Part shown: one piece after another, positions 40,301 to 54,500 of the stretch | How positions within the stretch are numbered: the first letter of the stretch is position 1 | Layout: each line of letters starts with the position of its first letter | Assembly (NCBI RefSeq): GCF_964355755.1 | Contig: NC_092670.1 | Location: 20,198,795-20,262,794 of the forward strand | Origin: Antedon mediterranea | Lineage: Eukaryota > Animalia > Echinodermata | Length of the DNA stretch: 64,000 nucleotides | Direction of reading: 5' to 3' | Notes under the pieces: generated by a model | The model's input: the letters and a program-made list of their open reading frames with translations, nothing else | Told to the model about the DNA's origin: nothing | Database searches by the model: none | Position numbers and translations under genes: made by a program

Positions 40301-43054
40301 TTATTTTATCCAAATATTATTTGTTAAAATGTTATAACCGTTTGTGTTTATTTTAGGGCGATTGTTGGATTTGTATGGAACTAATGGATACCTCACTTGA
40401 TAAATTTTATAAATTCCATCACAATCATTTAAAACAAAGCATACCAGAACCAATACTTGGTAAAGTGACAGAGGCAGTAAGTACACATAAAGATTAATTT
40501 TACTGCAGTTTTTGCAGTAATTTTTTATTGTGAAATTATGGCTTGTTAGAATAAGTTGTCTCTGGTAATTAATAATTGAATAGGATTTGAGAGACACTTT
40601 ATTTTAATTATTTAATTTTTTTTTACAGACCGTCAAAGCTTTACACTATTTGAAAGAAAAACTTAAGATTATACATAGAGGTGAATATTACTTCTTATTA
40701 ATTATTTTTTCTGCCGATTTTCGCTACTGTATCTGTTTCTAATGTATCATATGGTATGGTATAATACAACATCACATGTGTTTGTATCTAGTAGTAAACT
40801 AACCCTTAACCTAACCTTACATGATACAGGCACTACATGTGATATAAATGAGATCCTGTATTACCAAATATTGCTATGATACTCGGAAATAGATAAGTAT
40901 GTGGAAATACAGCACTGGGATTCGAGTGATGTTTTTTGAAATTGTAATTTCTCTAATAAATACTTTTATCCACAGATGTCAAACCATCCAACATTTTAAT
41001 TGATGTCAAAGGTCAAATCAAGCTATGCGATTTTGGCATCAGTGGTCAACTTGTTGACTCAATCGCCAAAACTAGAGATGCGGGTTGCAAACCATATATG
41101 GCAGTAAGTAACGTTTATTTTTTCTTCAAGTTTCATGGATTACATGGATTTTATGAAAAAAGACAAATTCAGTAATTGGTTTATTTGTCCACATGTGAAA
41201 GTAATATGCTTGTCAACACTATCAAAAAAGTTTGATGTTCCTAAATATGGTAGTGATATACCCAAATATGGGGCTGCACATCACATTTTTTTGTCACATA
41301 AACTTTGATAGTGTAGACAGAGCCTAATGTTTTGGTTTATTCTCTTTACAGCCTGAACGAATTGATCCTCAAGTTTCAACGTTTGATATTAGATCGGATG
41401 TATGGAGCCTTGGGATTACCTTAGTAAGTAGACACTGTAATTTGTATAAAATATTTGATTAATAAGGACTGACTGGCCACAGTGTTTAAACATATATTAC
41501 CCCTCTTTTTGCAGGAAAGTTTTCTTATAATAATAATAATACTTCATTCATCTTTTTTTTTTTTTCGTACCGTCTTTGATTCATAATGATCAAAACATAC
41601 ATAATTTAAAGATGGAAAGCTTCCACAGAATCTCGCAAGGCCTTATAAATATGTAGAATAGGCGTTTTCTATCTACTGTAGTGTATATAAAAATAATAAG
41701 TATAAAGTGGTTGATATAATAGTGAACAATCTTGCATCCAAGATGTCTTGTCCATTTTATTTAATGTTTTTTGTTTTAACTTTAGATTGAAATCTCCACT
41801 GGAAAATTTCCATATCCAAAATGGCAAAGTGTGTTTGACCAGTTGACCCAAGTGGTCAAGGGGGATCCACCTCAACTTACAAACAACGATGAGCATCAGT
41901 TTTCCCCTGAATACACAGAATTTGTTAACATTTGGTAAGTTTTAGGAAAAGGATTGTGATAGGTTAGGTGGTGGGGGGGGGGGGCGGATTTGCTGTCGGT
42001 TGGTGAGATATCTCATATCAGGTCAGTTTTAGTCAGTCAAATGGCCAAGCGGTTAAGGCAGGGACGCCATTCAGTGTACTTAAAGAGCCAACAATATTGG
42101 TATGGGTTCCAGGCCGACTTGCTCCAAGTTCTAGTGGTGGAAAAAGTCTTCTCGGATATGGTCCAGTGTACACAGTCGTAACCCGTGTGCACTTTAAAGA
42201 ACCCAGTTCGTCATTCGAGACGAGTAGAGGGGTTACCCCGGTGAACAGGTTCACAAAATAACCCCTGTATCAGGGGGACAACCACCTATCTGATAGGAAA
42301 GTCATTCATTTACTATTGGTAATCCTTGGCCTTGTGCCTAAAAACATAAAAATAAAGATTTAAAAAACTTTGAGTTTGTATGTGAGGACAGTGACAAGGA
42401 ACTATTTTACTTTAAATAATTAAATTATTAATATTGATTCAGATTCCATCAGATATTTAATTTCATTTTCAGTTTAACAAAGGATGTGGCAAAAAGACCT
42501 AAATACAAAGATTTACTGGTAAGTTCAAAAATTTGATTTTGTCAAAAAAAATGTGATATGCCCATATATGGACATGATGATGTCATATCACTACCATATT
42601 TGAGCACACTTTTTAGACTAACTAGTTTAGCTTTAGTTAAATGCATTGTTGTTGTCATTGCAACATCTATGGCTGGTTAAAATGCCATTGCTAAGTTCTA
42701 TACCTAATTCTATATCTATCAGTACCCTGCCCAATTAATACATTGTTTAACTAAATGATTAATGACCTTTTAAGCTACTGAAGCCTTTTCATTGATATAT
42801 AGTGCCTATCCATAATTTTAATTTTTGTAAACATACTTAAGAATAACAATATGCTTAGTTATTTCCTAGGAAAAGTTTGCATATATCCTGTTGTTGATGT
42901 TTTATTAACGCTTTTGATATGCAAATTGTATTCTTTACAGCGGGACAAATTCATACATAGGTATGCAAATGAAGATGTCGGGGTTGCACAATATTTCCAA
43001 CGAATTCTTGCACAAGTTAGGAACTACCCAGCAGCTGTCGACGTGCGTGTATAA
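37382..43054 (+). CDS. MAP2K4: Dual-specificity MAP kinase kinase 4
   Basis: Exons ~37382-37403, 37780-37882, 38286-38346, 38924-39037, 39647-39766, 40338-40457, 40630-40681, 40976-41103, 41352-41423, 41786-41934, 42473-42518, 42941-43054. Docking site RPRLTLQI; [57 protein letters not shown]. Confidence 0.95.
38514..38828. mobile_element. Kolobok-like MITE
   Basis: TTAA-AGTCCCATT...AATGGGACT-TTAA. Confidence 0.65.
39148..39465 (+). mobile_element. tRNA-derived SINE family 2
   Basis: A-box TGGCCAAGCGG, B-box GGTTCAAGCC; body AAGGACTATAAACC..GTGCACTTTAAAGA.CC; shared with 42033-42352 (+), 54431-54586 (+, truncated) and 62680-63002 (-). Confidence 0.8.
42033..42352 (+). mobile_element. tRNA-derived SINE family 2 copy
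   Basis: Homologous to the 39148 and 62680 copies. Confidence 0.8.
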
Positions 43055-45829
43055 CAAGGTCTTGTCGACAACATCTATCAAATTTATGGGTTTGTAGGGG
43101 GTTTTCCAAAATTCCTAGTTTCTATAAAACCTTATGTGGTCCATGAGATATTGAAAACAACCTGTTTTTAAAATATAAACCTCTCAATTTCAATAGTTTC
43201 GGGCAAATTTGTATGCCTTTTGTTTATTTGGCTTTGTTTGTGTTGCAATTTGGCTGATTTGAATTTTTCCCAAAATTTGTTTAGAAAATATATTAAGTTT
43301 CAATTTCAACCGCATCTTTCTCCTAGATCATAATCACCATTATAGAGTTTAATAGTGTAATACTCTCAGACAGATGCCCCTAAATGGTGGAAATGATTAC
43401 CATATTGTATTCAATTGTATGACAGACAAATCTGTTTTCACTTTTAATGCTTGCATCTTATGAGGCAACGTGCTAATATCTAAGTATGAAATACTTCGGT
43501 GACCTTTTGGTAGTTTCTCTAGCTTTCAACATGTAGGGTCAAGGTGTGTCAAGCCTTTAGAGTAGCCATGAGGTCAAAGGACAGATTAAAGACACTTTTG
43601 TAGCTTTGTTTCTTTACAGTCCACACAAAACCAGTAAAGTTAAACCTTTATGTGACAAAAAAATGTGTCCATATATGGAGGCGATGACATCATATCACTA
43701 CCATATTTGGGCACATCACGTTTTTTTGTCAAACTAGTTTTATAGTGTAGACAGAGCTTTGCACTAGACATACAGTTATTTATAGTTCTTAAGTTATCCA
43801 GGCACTTGTACTGTATCTCTACATACTGGTATAATTAGTATCGGTCCTGTATATGCATATATCACATGTTAGGCTTATGGCCTATGTGATACATATGACA
43901 CTTTATCACAGCATTTGCCTATGCTACTGTGCAAATTATAGATACAGTACAGCGAATCAGCTAATCCAAGAAGACGTATTTACACAGTTTTATCTAGCAT
44001 GTAGAGTTTAACATACAAGTTATACAACCTGCATTTATTTGAACTTTTTAGTCCCATAATACTGGACTGTAATTTTTTTTTTCTTTTGAATTACACATTA
44101 TAATATCTTTCATTTTTATTATATGAAAATCGTATATTTTTTGTGTAAATACATATATATTTAAAACAAAAACATATTAGTGTATAAAATACTCTATGAC
44201 AAAAGCAACAGGAGCGTGCTAGGTTTCTCAGAATCAGTATGGTTCAGTCTCTCTAGCCCACACTGTTGAGCAACAACAATGATTATGTATTCTTTAATTT
44301 TTAGTAATCAATGGAAATCAATTAAATACAAAGATAGGGAGTCTTAAAACAATATTATTGGGCAAGTTAAGTACATACATTGATTTTACTGCAGTTAGTA
44401 TAAAATATATACAGTAATATTTTGACCTTTTCGGTTGACTTGATAAGATGTTTGTATACTTTAAAGTATGATATATTATGAATATTGTTGTTCTTGTTTA
44501 TACACATTTTTGTTTTTATACCTACGTTCCTCCATATGCAAAATTCCGAGACGTTCGTCTAGATGTACTGTACTGAAATTACTGAAGATTATGAATATTA
44601 ATTGGTGATTAGGGTTTGTGAAGCTTGGGACTTTGGCAAAAGATCTCATATTGTTTGCTCAGTTATTACTTAATATATGGCTAATTACAAGATTTTGTTT
44701 CTTTTGTAGATGTTAAATAAAAAAAAACAATTAATGTACTGCAGTGACTACACTCAGAATTACGGCAATAGATCCGACTAATCGGAATTACTGCAGTAAT
44801 TATAAGTTACAGGTATTGATTTTGAAGCAAATCTCTTACAAGTTATGTTGTAAATCCAAAGAATTATGAATGAATAAAATTGAAATATGTTAGTTTCTAA
44901 GGTTATATATTTTTCTGTCGTCCGAGTACAATTAGAAGTGTATGTTTAATGGATAAACTAAAGGAAAACAATTGTCATTCATCATGATAGTGGTTTTTGA
45001 TTGTGTTAAAAAATTGTTTCCTCGGACATCCTTTCTGTTTTTTTCCATCAAACAGCTCTTCTTCTAATTGCTCATTATTGTCATTACCCAATTTAATTAT
45101 ATTTACTCTTTAAGGTAGACTTCTGTTGATCTGTAAAGCGTGGTTCCCACTAGCGACGCAACGCAAGGACGTAACGCAAGTGAATTGACCAATCACAAGC
45201 GATGGCTTATTCGATTGTGATTGCTAACTGTCTATAACTTCGCTTGTCATTGGTTAAAACGCTTGCGTTGCGTTTACGTCCTTGCGTTACCTTCTAGTGG
45301 GAACCAAGCTTAACTCAATGCTTAATTTACACTCCAGTAAATTTTAAGTGATTATCGGCACGGTCTACCGTCATGTGTACAATTTATTGTTTCTATTAGC
45401 TTGGCTGTGCATCTATATTGGTATATGAAAGCATTTATCTTTGATAAACATTTACACTCAAGGCCATGTTGTGAAGTAACATTTTATTAATATAATTTTT
45501 TAACCAAAATTCTAATCATTTATACATTGATGAAACCATTCATGATCACAGTTCATACAACCACAGAGAAGTATTATATTACAAACGTCTTACAATCCTA
45601 ATTATTTTACAAAGTTCTGTGGTTATATTATGGTTTGCGTTTTTTTTTCAGTACTGCTATCATGGTCTTGCTTACAATGTACAGCACTTTGTGGTTTTTA
45701 CGAAAGATGTTGAAAAAGATACTACATCAAACTGCCAGTTTTACTGCAGTAAATTACAGTACACATGGTTTATTGTGCTTATTACTGTAATTTCCTGATA
45801 GTTCTACAGTCCTAGATTTGTAGGAACTT

Positions 45830-46831
45830 TTAGCCAGAACAACCCCTGCATCCGCAATGAACACACTCTACAACTTTTCCCTGAAAAATAAAAATACAAT
45901 ATTGTTTACTTTCCTTTGATATTGATGAATGAACTTCACCAAAAATAGCGACAAATATATTGCCATATTAAATTGGTCCTTTAATTTGATAAAACATGCA
46001 ATTAATAGTTGTATTTCTGTACCTCTTCAAGTTTTGCCTTAGGTACCCTACAAATGCAGTTAGTTCCAAAGTTGGTATCCCTGGCTTGTATACAGCGTAA
46101 ACAGCACAAGCTCTCATAGCCTTGCTTCTTCCATTTTGCAATCAGGTTCTTGTCTGCATATCCTTCTTTAATACAATAATCATACAATTCTGAAATGAAT
46201 ATAATGGTTTATTATTAATAATAATAATATATTTTGCTACATTGTTTATAATATAAACATTTGATTGAAGCAAATTCATGGAGTTTGTGCAATAAAAAAT
46301 TATAGACAAGATTAGAGGCAGGGGTTTGAAAAACGTCATTTTTGGTATTTATAATTTAGCAAAGATCAATACGCAGACGTAGGATATGATGTGTGTGGCA
46401 TTTTTTTAACTAACTTAGTACTTACCCCTAGTAATTGCTTTCCGTTTGTAGAATAGATCAAATATGTACCGGGACTTTTGATGGTGAATTTTAAATATTG
46501 GCCAGAGAGCCTCAACCTTCCTCTTGCCTTCATGTGGCTCTGTTTCAGCTGAAATAAAGAAATACATGACTGATTATTAGAGAGGCAGAAGAAACCTACG
46601 CTAGGCCTAACCCATTCAAGACACACGCATGATGACCATCGGCCGATACTCTCCAACTGGCTGTCGAGAAAGTGAAATTACACGCTTGCATGACCTAATT
46701 CTAGGCCTAGCTTATCTAATCTAAAATCTCGGCTTACCTTCTCTCATTTTCTGATCCAATTCATCTAACGTTGGTTCAATCAATTCCCATCCTTCTGGAG
46801 TTTTCTTCCTTGATTTTCTAACCTTTGGCAT
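45830..46831 (-). CDS. BUD31: Protein BUD31 homolog (G10), 144 aa
   Basis: Exons 46831-46738, 46548-46426, 46189-46023, 45880-45830; [55 protein letters not shown]. Confidence 0.97.
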
Positions 46832-47737
46832 CTTAGAATTCGTTTTTTTAATACAAATAACAACTTCACTTACTTGCGTTTATGGAACGCATCAATTGTT
46901 TTATTTGTGAAGTGCGCCCTCAATATTTAGAAAACTTTATTTGCATGTTGATTATTTTAATCATTAAAATGATGATTAGACTGGATTTCTACGTTGTTCA
47001 ATAAATTCCTCTATGGTTGTAGTACGTACGTTGTAATGGATTGTATGTCTATTTAATTACAGTATTACCATGGAGGAATTATTTATAATCTAAGTACACT
47101 ATCTTTGATAGTTACCAATGTTTTTTGTTACTGGTATGAATATGATGTTCAATCAACGGGGTCCATCTAATAATATAAAGATCAACAATCTATGTATCTT
47201 ATGTTTTTACTTCTACTAGGCCTAGATAGACTTACACTATAAGTTTATAACATATTTTTATACACATCTAGTTTTAAACTATTCGCCCCACCATACCCCA
47301 ACATAATATTAACGAATAAATTCATAATATTGTTAATATTCATTCATTTAAATTGACCGACACTATATCAGCTGCGTACAAAGGTTTAATATAAGAGAGT
47401 AATGCTTGTGGTATGCTTGGTTAATATGTCACCAGAGTAAATACAACTTTAAATGCACGAATAATAATTGTTCGGCCAAAGTCCATCGAGTTAAACTCAA
47501 AAACAGTACGATGAGTAAACAATACCACTGATTATAGATAAACATCAGATTCTTGATTGGTCATAGTTTGTTTGTTTAAATATCAAACGTTTTTTTCTCT
47601 ACAACCAACCTCACCCCGAATTGGCGGTTATTCTCGCATAGGTGCTAATTCATATCGTCTACTGGCTTAAATTCACCATAAGTTTGGAGAAACACGTAGT
47701 CTTCTAGTAAGAACCAAAACTAAACGAAGACTTCAAA

Positions 47738-50332
47738 ATGAGTCGAAGCTTGGAAAAGATCAACTATGAGGATACGGAAGTTGAGAGAGGAGAAGAAGCG
47801 GCGGTATTTGAGGAATACGTGCAGTCTGTTTTTGCAGAGTTTGGCGGAACTCTTCTGTACACTTTTATTGCCTGTTTAGCCGTAACTACTGAGAATCTCG
47901 TAGCGATTGCCTTTGCGGAAGGTCTCACCATCGCCGTCCTCTGCTCTGCCTTCTTGCGGATCAGGTACATCAAATAAACTATTTTATACAGTGGGTAGGC
48001 CTAATTCAAAGGAGCATGAAATATCATTAATTTAAAATATGTCCCATACAGCAGAGGCCTAATTACCAAGTTAGTTGGTTAATAATGGTTTCTATTTAGA
48101 ATCACTTTCCCCCTTTCATTTTATAAGTATTTTTTTTAATGAATATAATATAAGGTCTAACAGGACAATAGTTGTTCTCTTCTGGTTTTATTTAGGATTT
48201 TATTTGTAACTCATGAGTTTGTATTTATCTTAACTGTATTAAATATGTGTCGTACAACGAATCTGGAATCTGGAAGTAGGCCTAATAAAATTTCTTTTTT
48301 TTTAGTGGTGGTCATTTCAACCCAGCCTTGACGTTCGCTGTCTGCATATCAGGTGGTCTGAATCCTGTCCTTGCTGCTATTTATTTCATTGTCCAGCTTA
48401 TTGCTGCCATGATTGGTGCTGCGTTTGTTAAGGTAAGAGCAATATTAGTGTGGACAGACAGACCAACTAAAGAACTTAAAACGTAATCATCCTCATGATG
48501 CTTGGTTCCCTCTAGAGACGCAAAAACACAACGACGTAACGCAACGTAAGGGATTTGACCAATCACAAGCGATGAATGTATTCAACTGACGCTTGTCATT
48601 GGTCAACTCGTTTTACGTTGCGTCTACGTCCTTGCGTTGCGTCCTAGTGGGAACCATGCTAGAGAGACGAATAGTTACACATCTCTTAAATATTACTGGT
48701 TGTGAAGATGCAAAGCATCGGAGATGTTTGCATAATAATTACGATGGCGCAATTATACGAATAATCGAAAACGTTGAGAGTAACTTAAGTTGTTCTCGGT
48801 TGATTAAAAAAAAATTCATCAATATTTGTTTAAATTTAAATTAACTTTTTATCTGAAATAACATTTTTTAATTTGCGTCCTAGTGGGAACCATGCTTGAG
48901 AGACGAATAGTTACACATCTCTTAAATATTACTGGTTGTGAAGATGCAAAGCATCGGAGATGTTTGCATAATAATTACGATGGCGCAATTATATACGAAT
49001 AATCGAAAATGTTGAGAGTAACTTAAGTTGTTCTCGGTTGATTAAAAAAAAATTCATCAATATTTGTTTAAATTTAAATTAACTTTTTATCTGAAATAAA
49101 ATTTTTTAATTTCAGGCTGTCGTATTAAGAATTTCTTACGATGATATTGACGGAGGGGTGAACAAGCTTCGAGGAAGCATTCCCTACGATCCTTATGATC
49201 TAGAACACGAACTTGACGTGACTGGAGGTACGGCCGTCGTTACTGAAATTCTTGTCTGTATCATGATATTCTCAGCATACATGAATGCAAATGTTGACCA
49301 CAAGAGCAAACAGATTTCAGGACCATTAGCTTATGGATTTTCAATTACTGCAGGAATTCTTTCTTGGTAAGTATAAGAAGACGTTTGTTTGTTTGACTTG
49401 TACTGTCGTTACGTCATCAGACAAAAAAAATGTTTTTGATTCTATATGTACGAAAAACAAATTATAAAAACTATAAGAAACGTTTCTTTGATTATGTCCC
49501 ATCCAATTACATGTTCCCATTAATTTAGTATACCTTCTCCACTGTAGGCCCTTTTATTAAAAAAAAAAACGATTTATAAATGGCCTAATTCTACACTTAT
49601 TCGTGTGTTCTTTAATTAGAGAGGTCTGTTTGTTAAATCAAAATTATTTTAGTTGGTATAGCTTTCATTGTACTAGTCACCGCGAGTTACAAAGGAGCCG
49701 TTATGTTTACATACTTTCATATGACTCAGGAGTGTAAACAATTCCATAGTTGAACATTGTCAATTGTCTAGATATGATAGTAACCAAACACAGGCTATTG
49801 TATTTTGTTTTTTTAATAACAACCCAAACAAACATAATAGTGACTCATAACCTTTGACATGTTATATTTACTACTTTCATTTTCAATGTTTGTCGATTTT
49901 TCTCATAATTCTTCATTATTTTATTTTCTTTGAATAGTTAGGCATATTATAATTTCTCTTTTTTAGTTTCTTTGTATCTGGTGCATCCTTCAACCCAGCT
50001 CGTTCCTTTGGTGCCGCCGTCTGCTCCGGGTACTGGAACGAACACTACATCTACTGGGCTGGACCTTTTGCTGGTGCCATATTTTCTGGTCTTTTCTACA
50101 GGTAAGTTTATGTAATTTTCAATTCATCATCATCAACATTGGGCAGGCCTACAATAGAGATCTATAATAGTGTTAAACAACATGTTTTTAAAGTAGTAGG
50201 CCTAGTGTGGATTAGCTTTTCATGCAGCAAGCTATGCAATATAATAACCATTCAAATGTGATTATATTTAATGTTTTATTTTGTAGGCTCATACTTGGTG
50301 ACAGCAAAAGGCGATTGGTTGCTCGCGACTGA
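47738..50332 (+). CDS. Aquaporin-8-like channel
   Basis: Exons 47738-47964, 48306-48432, 49116-49366, 49967-50101, 50287-50332; SGGHFNPALT and SGASFNPARSFG; AQP8-like C-terminus ILGDSKRRL. Confidence 0.92.
48636..49112. repeat. Near-identical ~238-bp tandem duplication in aquaporin intron 2
   Basis: TTGCGTCCTAGTGGGAACCATGCT...CTGAAATAA.ATTTTTTAATTT occurs twice. Confidence 0.9.
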
Positions 50333-51569
50333 ATTTCTCAACAAAGCTGATGACCTCTTCTGTCCATCCATCAATGTCAACTGTTTCTACTGTAGTTTTA
50401 GACTGTAGGACGTACATTATTATTTGTTTACTGCAGTATAATATGAATGTATTTTTAATTTAATTAAACAGAATATTTACTGCGCAGTATGAAATAAAAT
50501 TACTGCAGCAATAGAGGAACATTTTGACATAGTCTAGTTAGGTACATATTCTCCCCACGTATCTGCGTGTGCTGTATTATAAATCTCAAATTTTCTTATT
50601 GTAATTAAATATAATTCAATTTTAATAACTAAAATAGTTTACTTAAATTTTGTTTTAAATTTGTTTTGGGTCAGGGGAACTTTAAAAGCTTGATATATAA
50701 GAATAGACCACACTATTAATAGAAACAAACGTTGTCGTGATTGAGTATGGAATCTACGGCCCTAGTAAAAGTTATTAGATAAACCATATTAATGATTATA
50801 GTTATTAAATTATTCCCAATTTTTGCAACACTGATAAATACTTGGACTAGAAAAAAAATATTTTGTGTGGGTTTTTTAAAAGTTTTCATTTGTATTAGTT
50901 CAATTTGCCACAGCTCATTGTTAGTTTAGTCATTTATTTTATACTGTATCTTGGTTGTTTCTTTTGTGATTAAATAACGAATCGAACCCTGCTGTTTTCT
51001 ATTTGTTTATTTTAATTAGGATTTTCCTTTAGTAGGCCTATAGTAACTGAAAAACTTAAACTCGTCTAGCCCGTCTTTTAAAAAACAATACAGATGCCGA
51101 ATTGAGTAGATTTGCACCGGGAAGGCAGAAATCATGAATAATTCATTACCATAATTATTTTCTATTTAGTATTATAAAGAATTGCAAGATAGCTGACTTC
51201 CTGAATATACTAATTTAGTTTAAACTAAACTAAACCTAACCACGGAGGTATAGGCCTACCTAACCCTCTAAATAATCTTTCTCAACTATTAACAAAAAAT
51301 ATGTTCTTGAAAGACCTGGAACCGAGGGCTCCAGTGTAATAGGTTAAAGCCTCTATAATGTTCGATTATGTCATAATTATTTTAATGAATTATTGATTGA
51401 TGATTTCTGCCTCAATCTCATAGAAAAAAAAAATAATGGCACGTACCACTCTGGGGAAGCAGCAAAGAGAAGAAGAAACGTTGGTGGCGCTAACCAAAAC
51501 ATGTCGTTCAGCTGAAACTGAGTTTTTTATTTATCACAATTTGCTAGAAATTAACTATATTATCGGGTT

Positions 51570-54500
51570 ATGGAGTGGAAGGGAGGTAGAAAGCCAGCAC
51601 GAGGGAGGGGTAAGCTAAATATCTGGCATGTTTATTTAACCTGGTGATGAATTATAAACTCTTCTTTCACCCGCTTTGTGTAGGCCTCGAGTGACAAGGT
51701 TTACTAACGCCGATCGTGTGGGGCACAATGATGCCTGGTGGGCTGGCGGTAGTGTTGCGACAGAGGCCTAGCAATATGCAGAACCCAAGCCTGTGTAAAA
51801 CTACTAATAAAAATATACTTTTTTAGCAAACAAATGTATTTTCTAGTAACACTAAAGGAGCTAAATAAAAATATGTTTATGATATAATATTTAATTGATA
51901 ATTAAATTAAAATCATATATAATATTAATTTGAATTATTAATATTATTTATTAATGAGATTATTTACCTAGTACCACTAGACTAGGCCCTAGTTTAATTT
52001 TAATTAAAATCTCCCAAATTTGCCACTTTCTGTTTATGAGCTCGTACCCAAATAACCATATCATTATCAATCAATGACAAAATCATAATATACAGTATTA
52101 ACTATTACAATTGTAAAAAAAATGTAAAAGAAATTTTGTATACACTGTTTATCATATGTATGACTAAGTAAATGTTAAATTGTACACACATTCCAAAAGA
52201 AGGCATTGCTAGGATTACCATGGTACACTCTGGGTAATGTATTGTTAAGATATATTATGCCAATCTCTATCTCTTTCCAAGACAGGATATATATGACATG
52301 ACATGCCTATCATCAATTACACAATTATTAGTAATTTCAGTGTTTTCAATGATACTTTTTACTTTTTCTTGTAGTTCACCATCCGAAAGATGTGATTGCT
52401 CTAGGTGCAAAAAGTTCTGATTCCAAGCCTTCTTCGTCAAGACCCTCGATTCATGACCGCAAACGAGAAGCAGGATCAAGCTTACCACCATTCGATGCGA
52501 AGCGCAAATTGCTAGGCCCTTCAACGTTAACTCCTCTAGGCAGAGGATTTGAAAAGTCTGCATCTCCTAGTGCTTCGACTACTACCACACATGGTGATTC
52601 TATTGCTATAGAAGGTAACTGTCAATGGGCCTAAAATTTAACCAAGGCAATCTGACAACAAGATGCTAAGCTTTGGAGATCAAAATGGTTTATCTGTGGT
52701 GCGACACAATCAGTTCCACGTGCCCTAACTGATTTTCGATTGGCCAATTGGCTTTCTCAAATGTTTAGACATTGCTCTGTGGAGAATATGTTCAGTACAC
52801 AGCACAGTACTGTTGGTATTTGTCGCAGCCAGACATGAAGATCAAAGGAATGTTGCGACTTCCTGGCTTCACAAGGCGAGCTCAGCATCCTGTTGGTTGT
52901 TGATTCCCTTGATTTAACCAAGCAGTGTGCTTTCCTCAGAACTAGTATTTAACTATTTTAAAACATTTTATTTCAGTGCAGCCTAGGGAGCTTGTTGATA
53001 AAGTAATTGAAGCCGATACTAATGAAGAGGATGACCATGTGGATGCCTTGATGTGTGGAGCTGTAAAGACTCTGCGACAGAATCGAGCCAAGCCTGACTC
53101 CACGCTTTACTTAGCCATGATGTACCTAGCAAAATCAAAACCTCACATATTTTTGTCGAAGGTTGTAATGGAGGTGCGGTATAGTGTATTAGTTTTTCTA
53201 TTTTTTCCATTTTCCTAATTCATACCAGCTATGAAAATCCCAATGCCCTATGTCTTGTTTATACTAGATCATACCTCTCCAGAATCTAGGCGAACCAACT
53301 AATACATTTTCTACTTTATTTTCTCAGTCTATATGCAGTTTGTTAAAGCGTGATATTGGGCTTAGCTTCAAGAGTAAGGGTAATCCACTAGTGTCTGTCC
53401 TTGCCTGTAATTTGCTCATGACTGCATTTGCTGAGGAAGATAACTGGCCTGAAGATTTTGTGAAAGTAAGTACCCACGCTTTTTAGTGACACTGAAGCTA
53501 TAGAGCATATACAATTTAGTAGCTCCTTGCTGAAACTTACTGAAGCATCATATTGTGTTCAATACTGTTATTTTATTATCATATCTCAAGACCACTAGAG
53601 TATACCATTACCAAGAGAAAAATAAAGTATGAAAGCACTCAGAGTATTTAGTGAAATACTTGGCAAAATGTTGCCACATGTTAATCGGTCCATGTTAAAA
53701 GAATACAGATTTTTTTTTATTTTGTGAAGTTATCAATGAATCAATTTTCTTGAATTTCAATATGGATGTTCTGTAATTGAATACCTATTTACAACAAAAT
53801 ATTCAGAATGATAACTCGAAATAGTTAGAAACACACAAACAAAGCAATTACTGTAACAGAGTTCAAGTTGATACAGTATACCCAATTCTCAAAAGTTATA
53901 CACTTCAGCGGAAAGCAGAGAAACTCTAAACTGTATATAAATACTTTTCTATGTTAATATTGGTAGGTATATATTGAAGACAGCCTTGGAGAAAGAGTTT
54001 GGGTTGATCAACCAAAATGTAAGGAGTTTATAACAAATGTATTGACGGCTTTTGGGACGAGATTGCCTCCCCAAAGCATAGATCTATTTTCAACCAGACT
54101 GATTAGTGGTTCTCCTGATGTAACTGCATCTAGTAAGTAATACGATTTTACAAACTCCTTAATTAAAAATTCTGATTACAGATCTTTAATTAAAGTGGAG
54201 CCCCTCAATTTGTACACCCTATTATTAAAGATTGGTTCCCACTACGATACAACGCAAGACGCATTTTGAATTTTAATTTTTAATCACTTGTGATAATCAA
54301 ATCACTTTATGTTGTGCTTATGGCCTTGCGCTGGGAACCACGCTTAAGGGAACACTTCCTTGTGAAACAAACAAGGGGAGATACAGGTTTTAATAGCCAT
54401 CCCTTATTAAGTGGACACTCCTATTACGGGGCGAATGAGTGGTTGAGCGGTTAAGATAGTGGGACCGTAAATTACGTATCTATAACATCGGCAATTGTTC

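Noticed and set aside
51436-51618. 60-aa ORF as the INTS1 start
   Set aside because: Its frame does not splice in phase to the 52375 exon, whereas the ATG at 51570 does.
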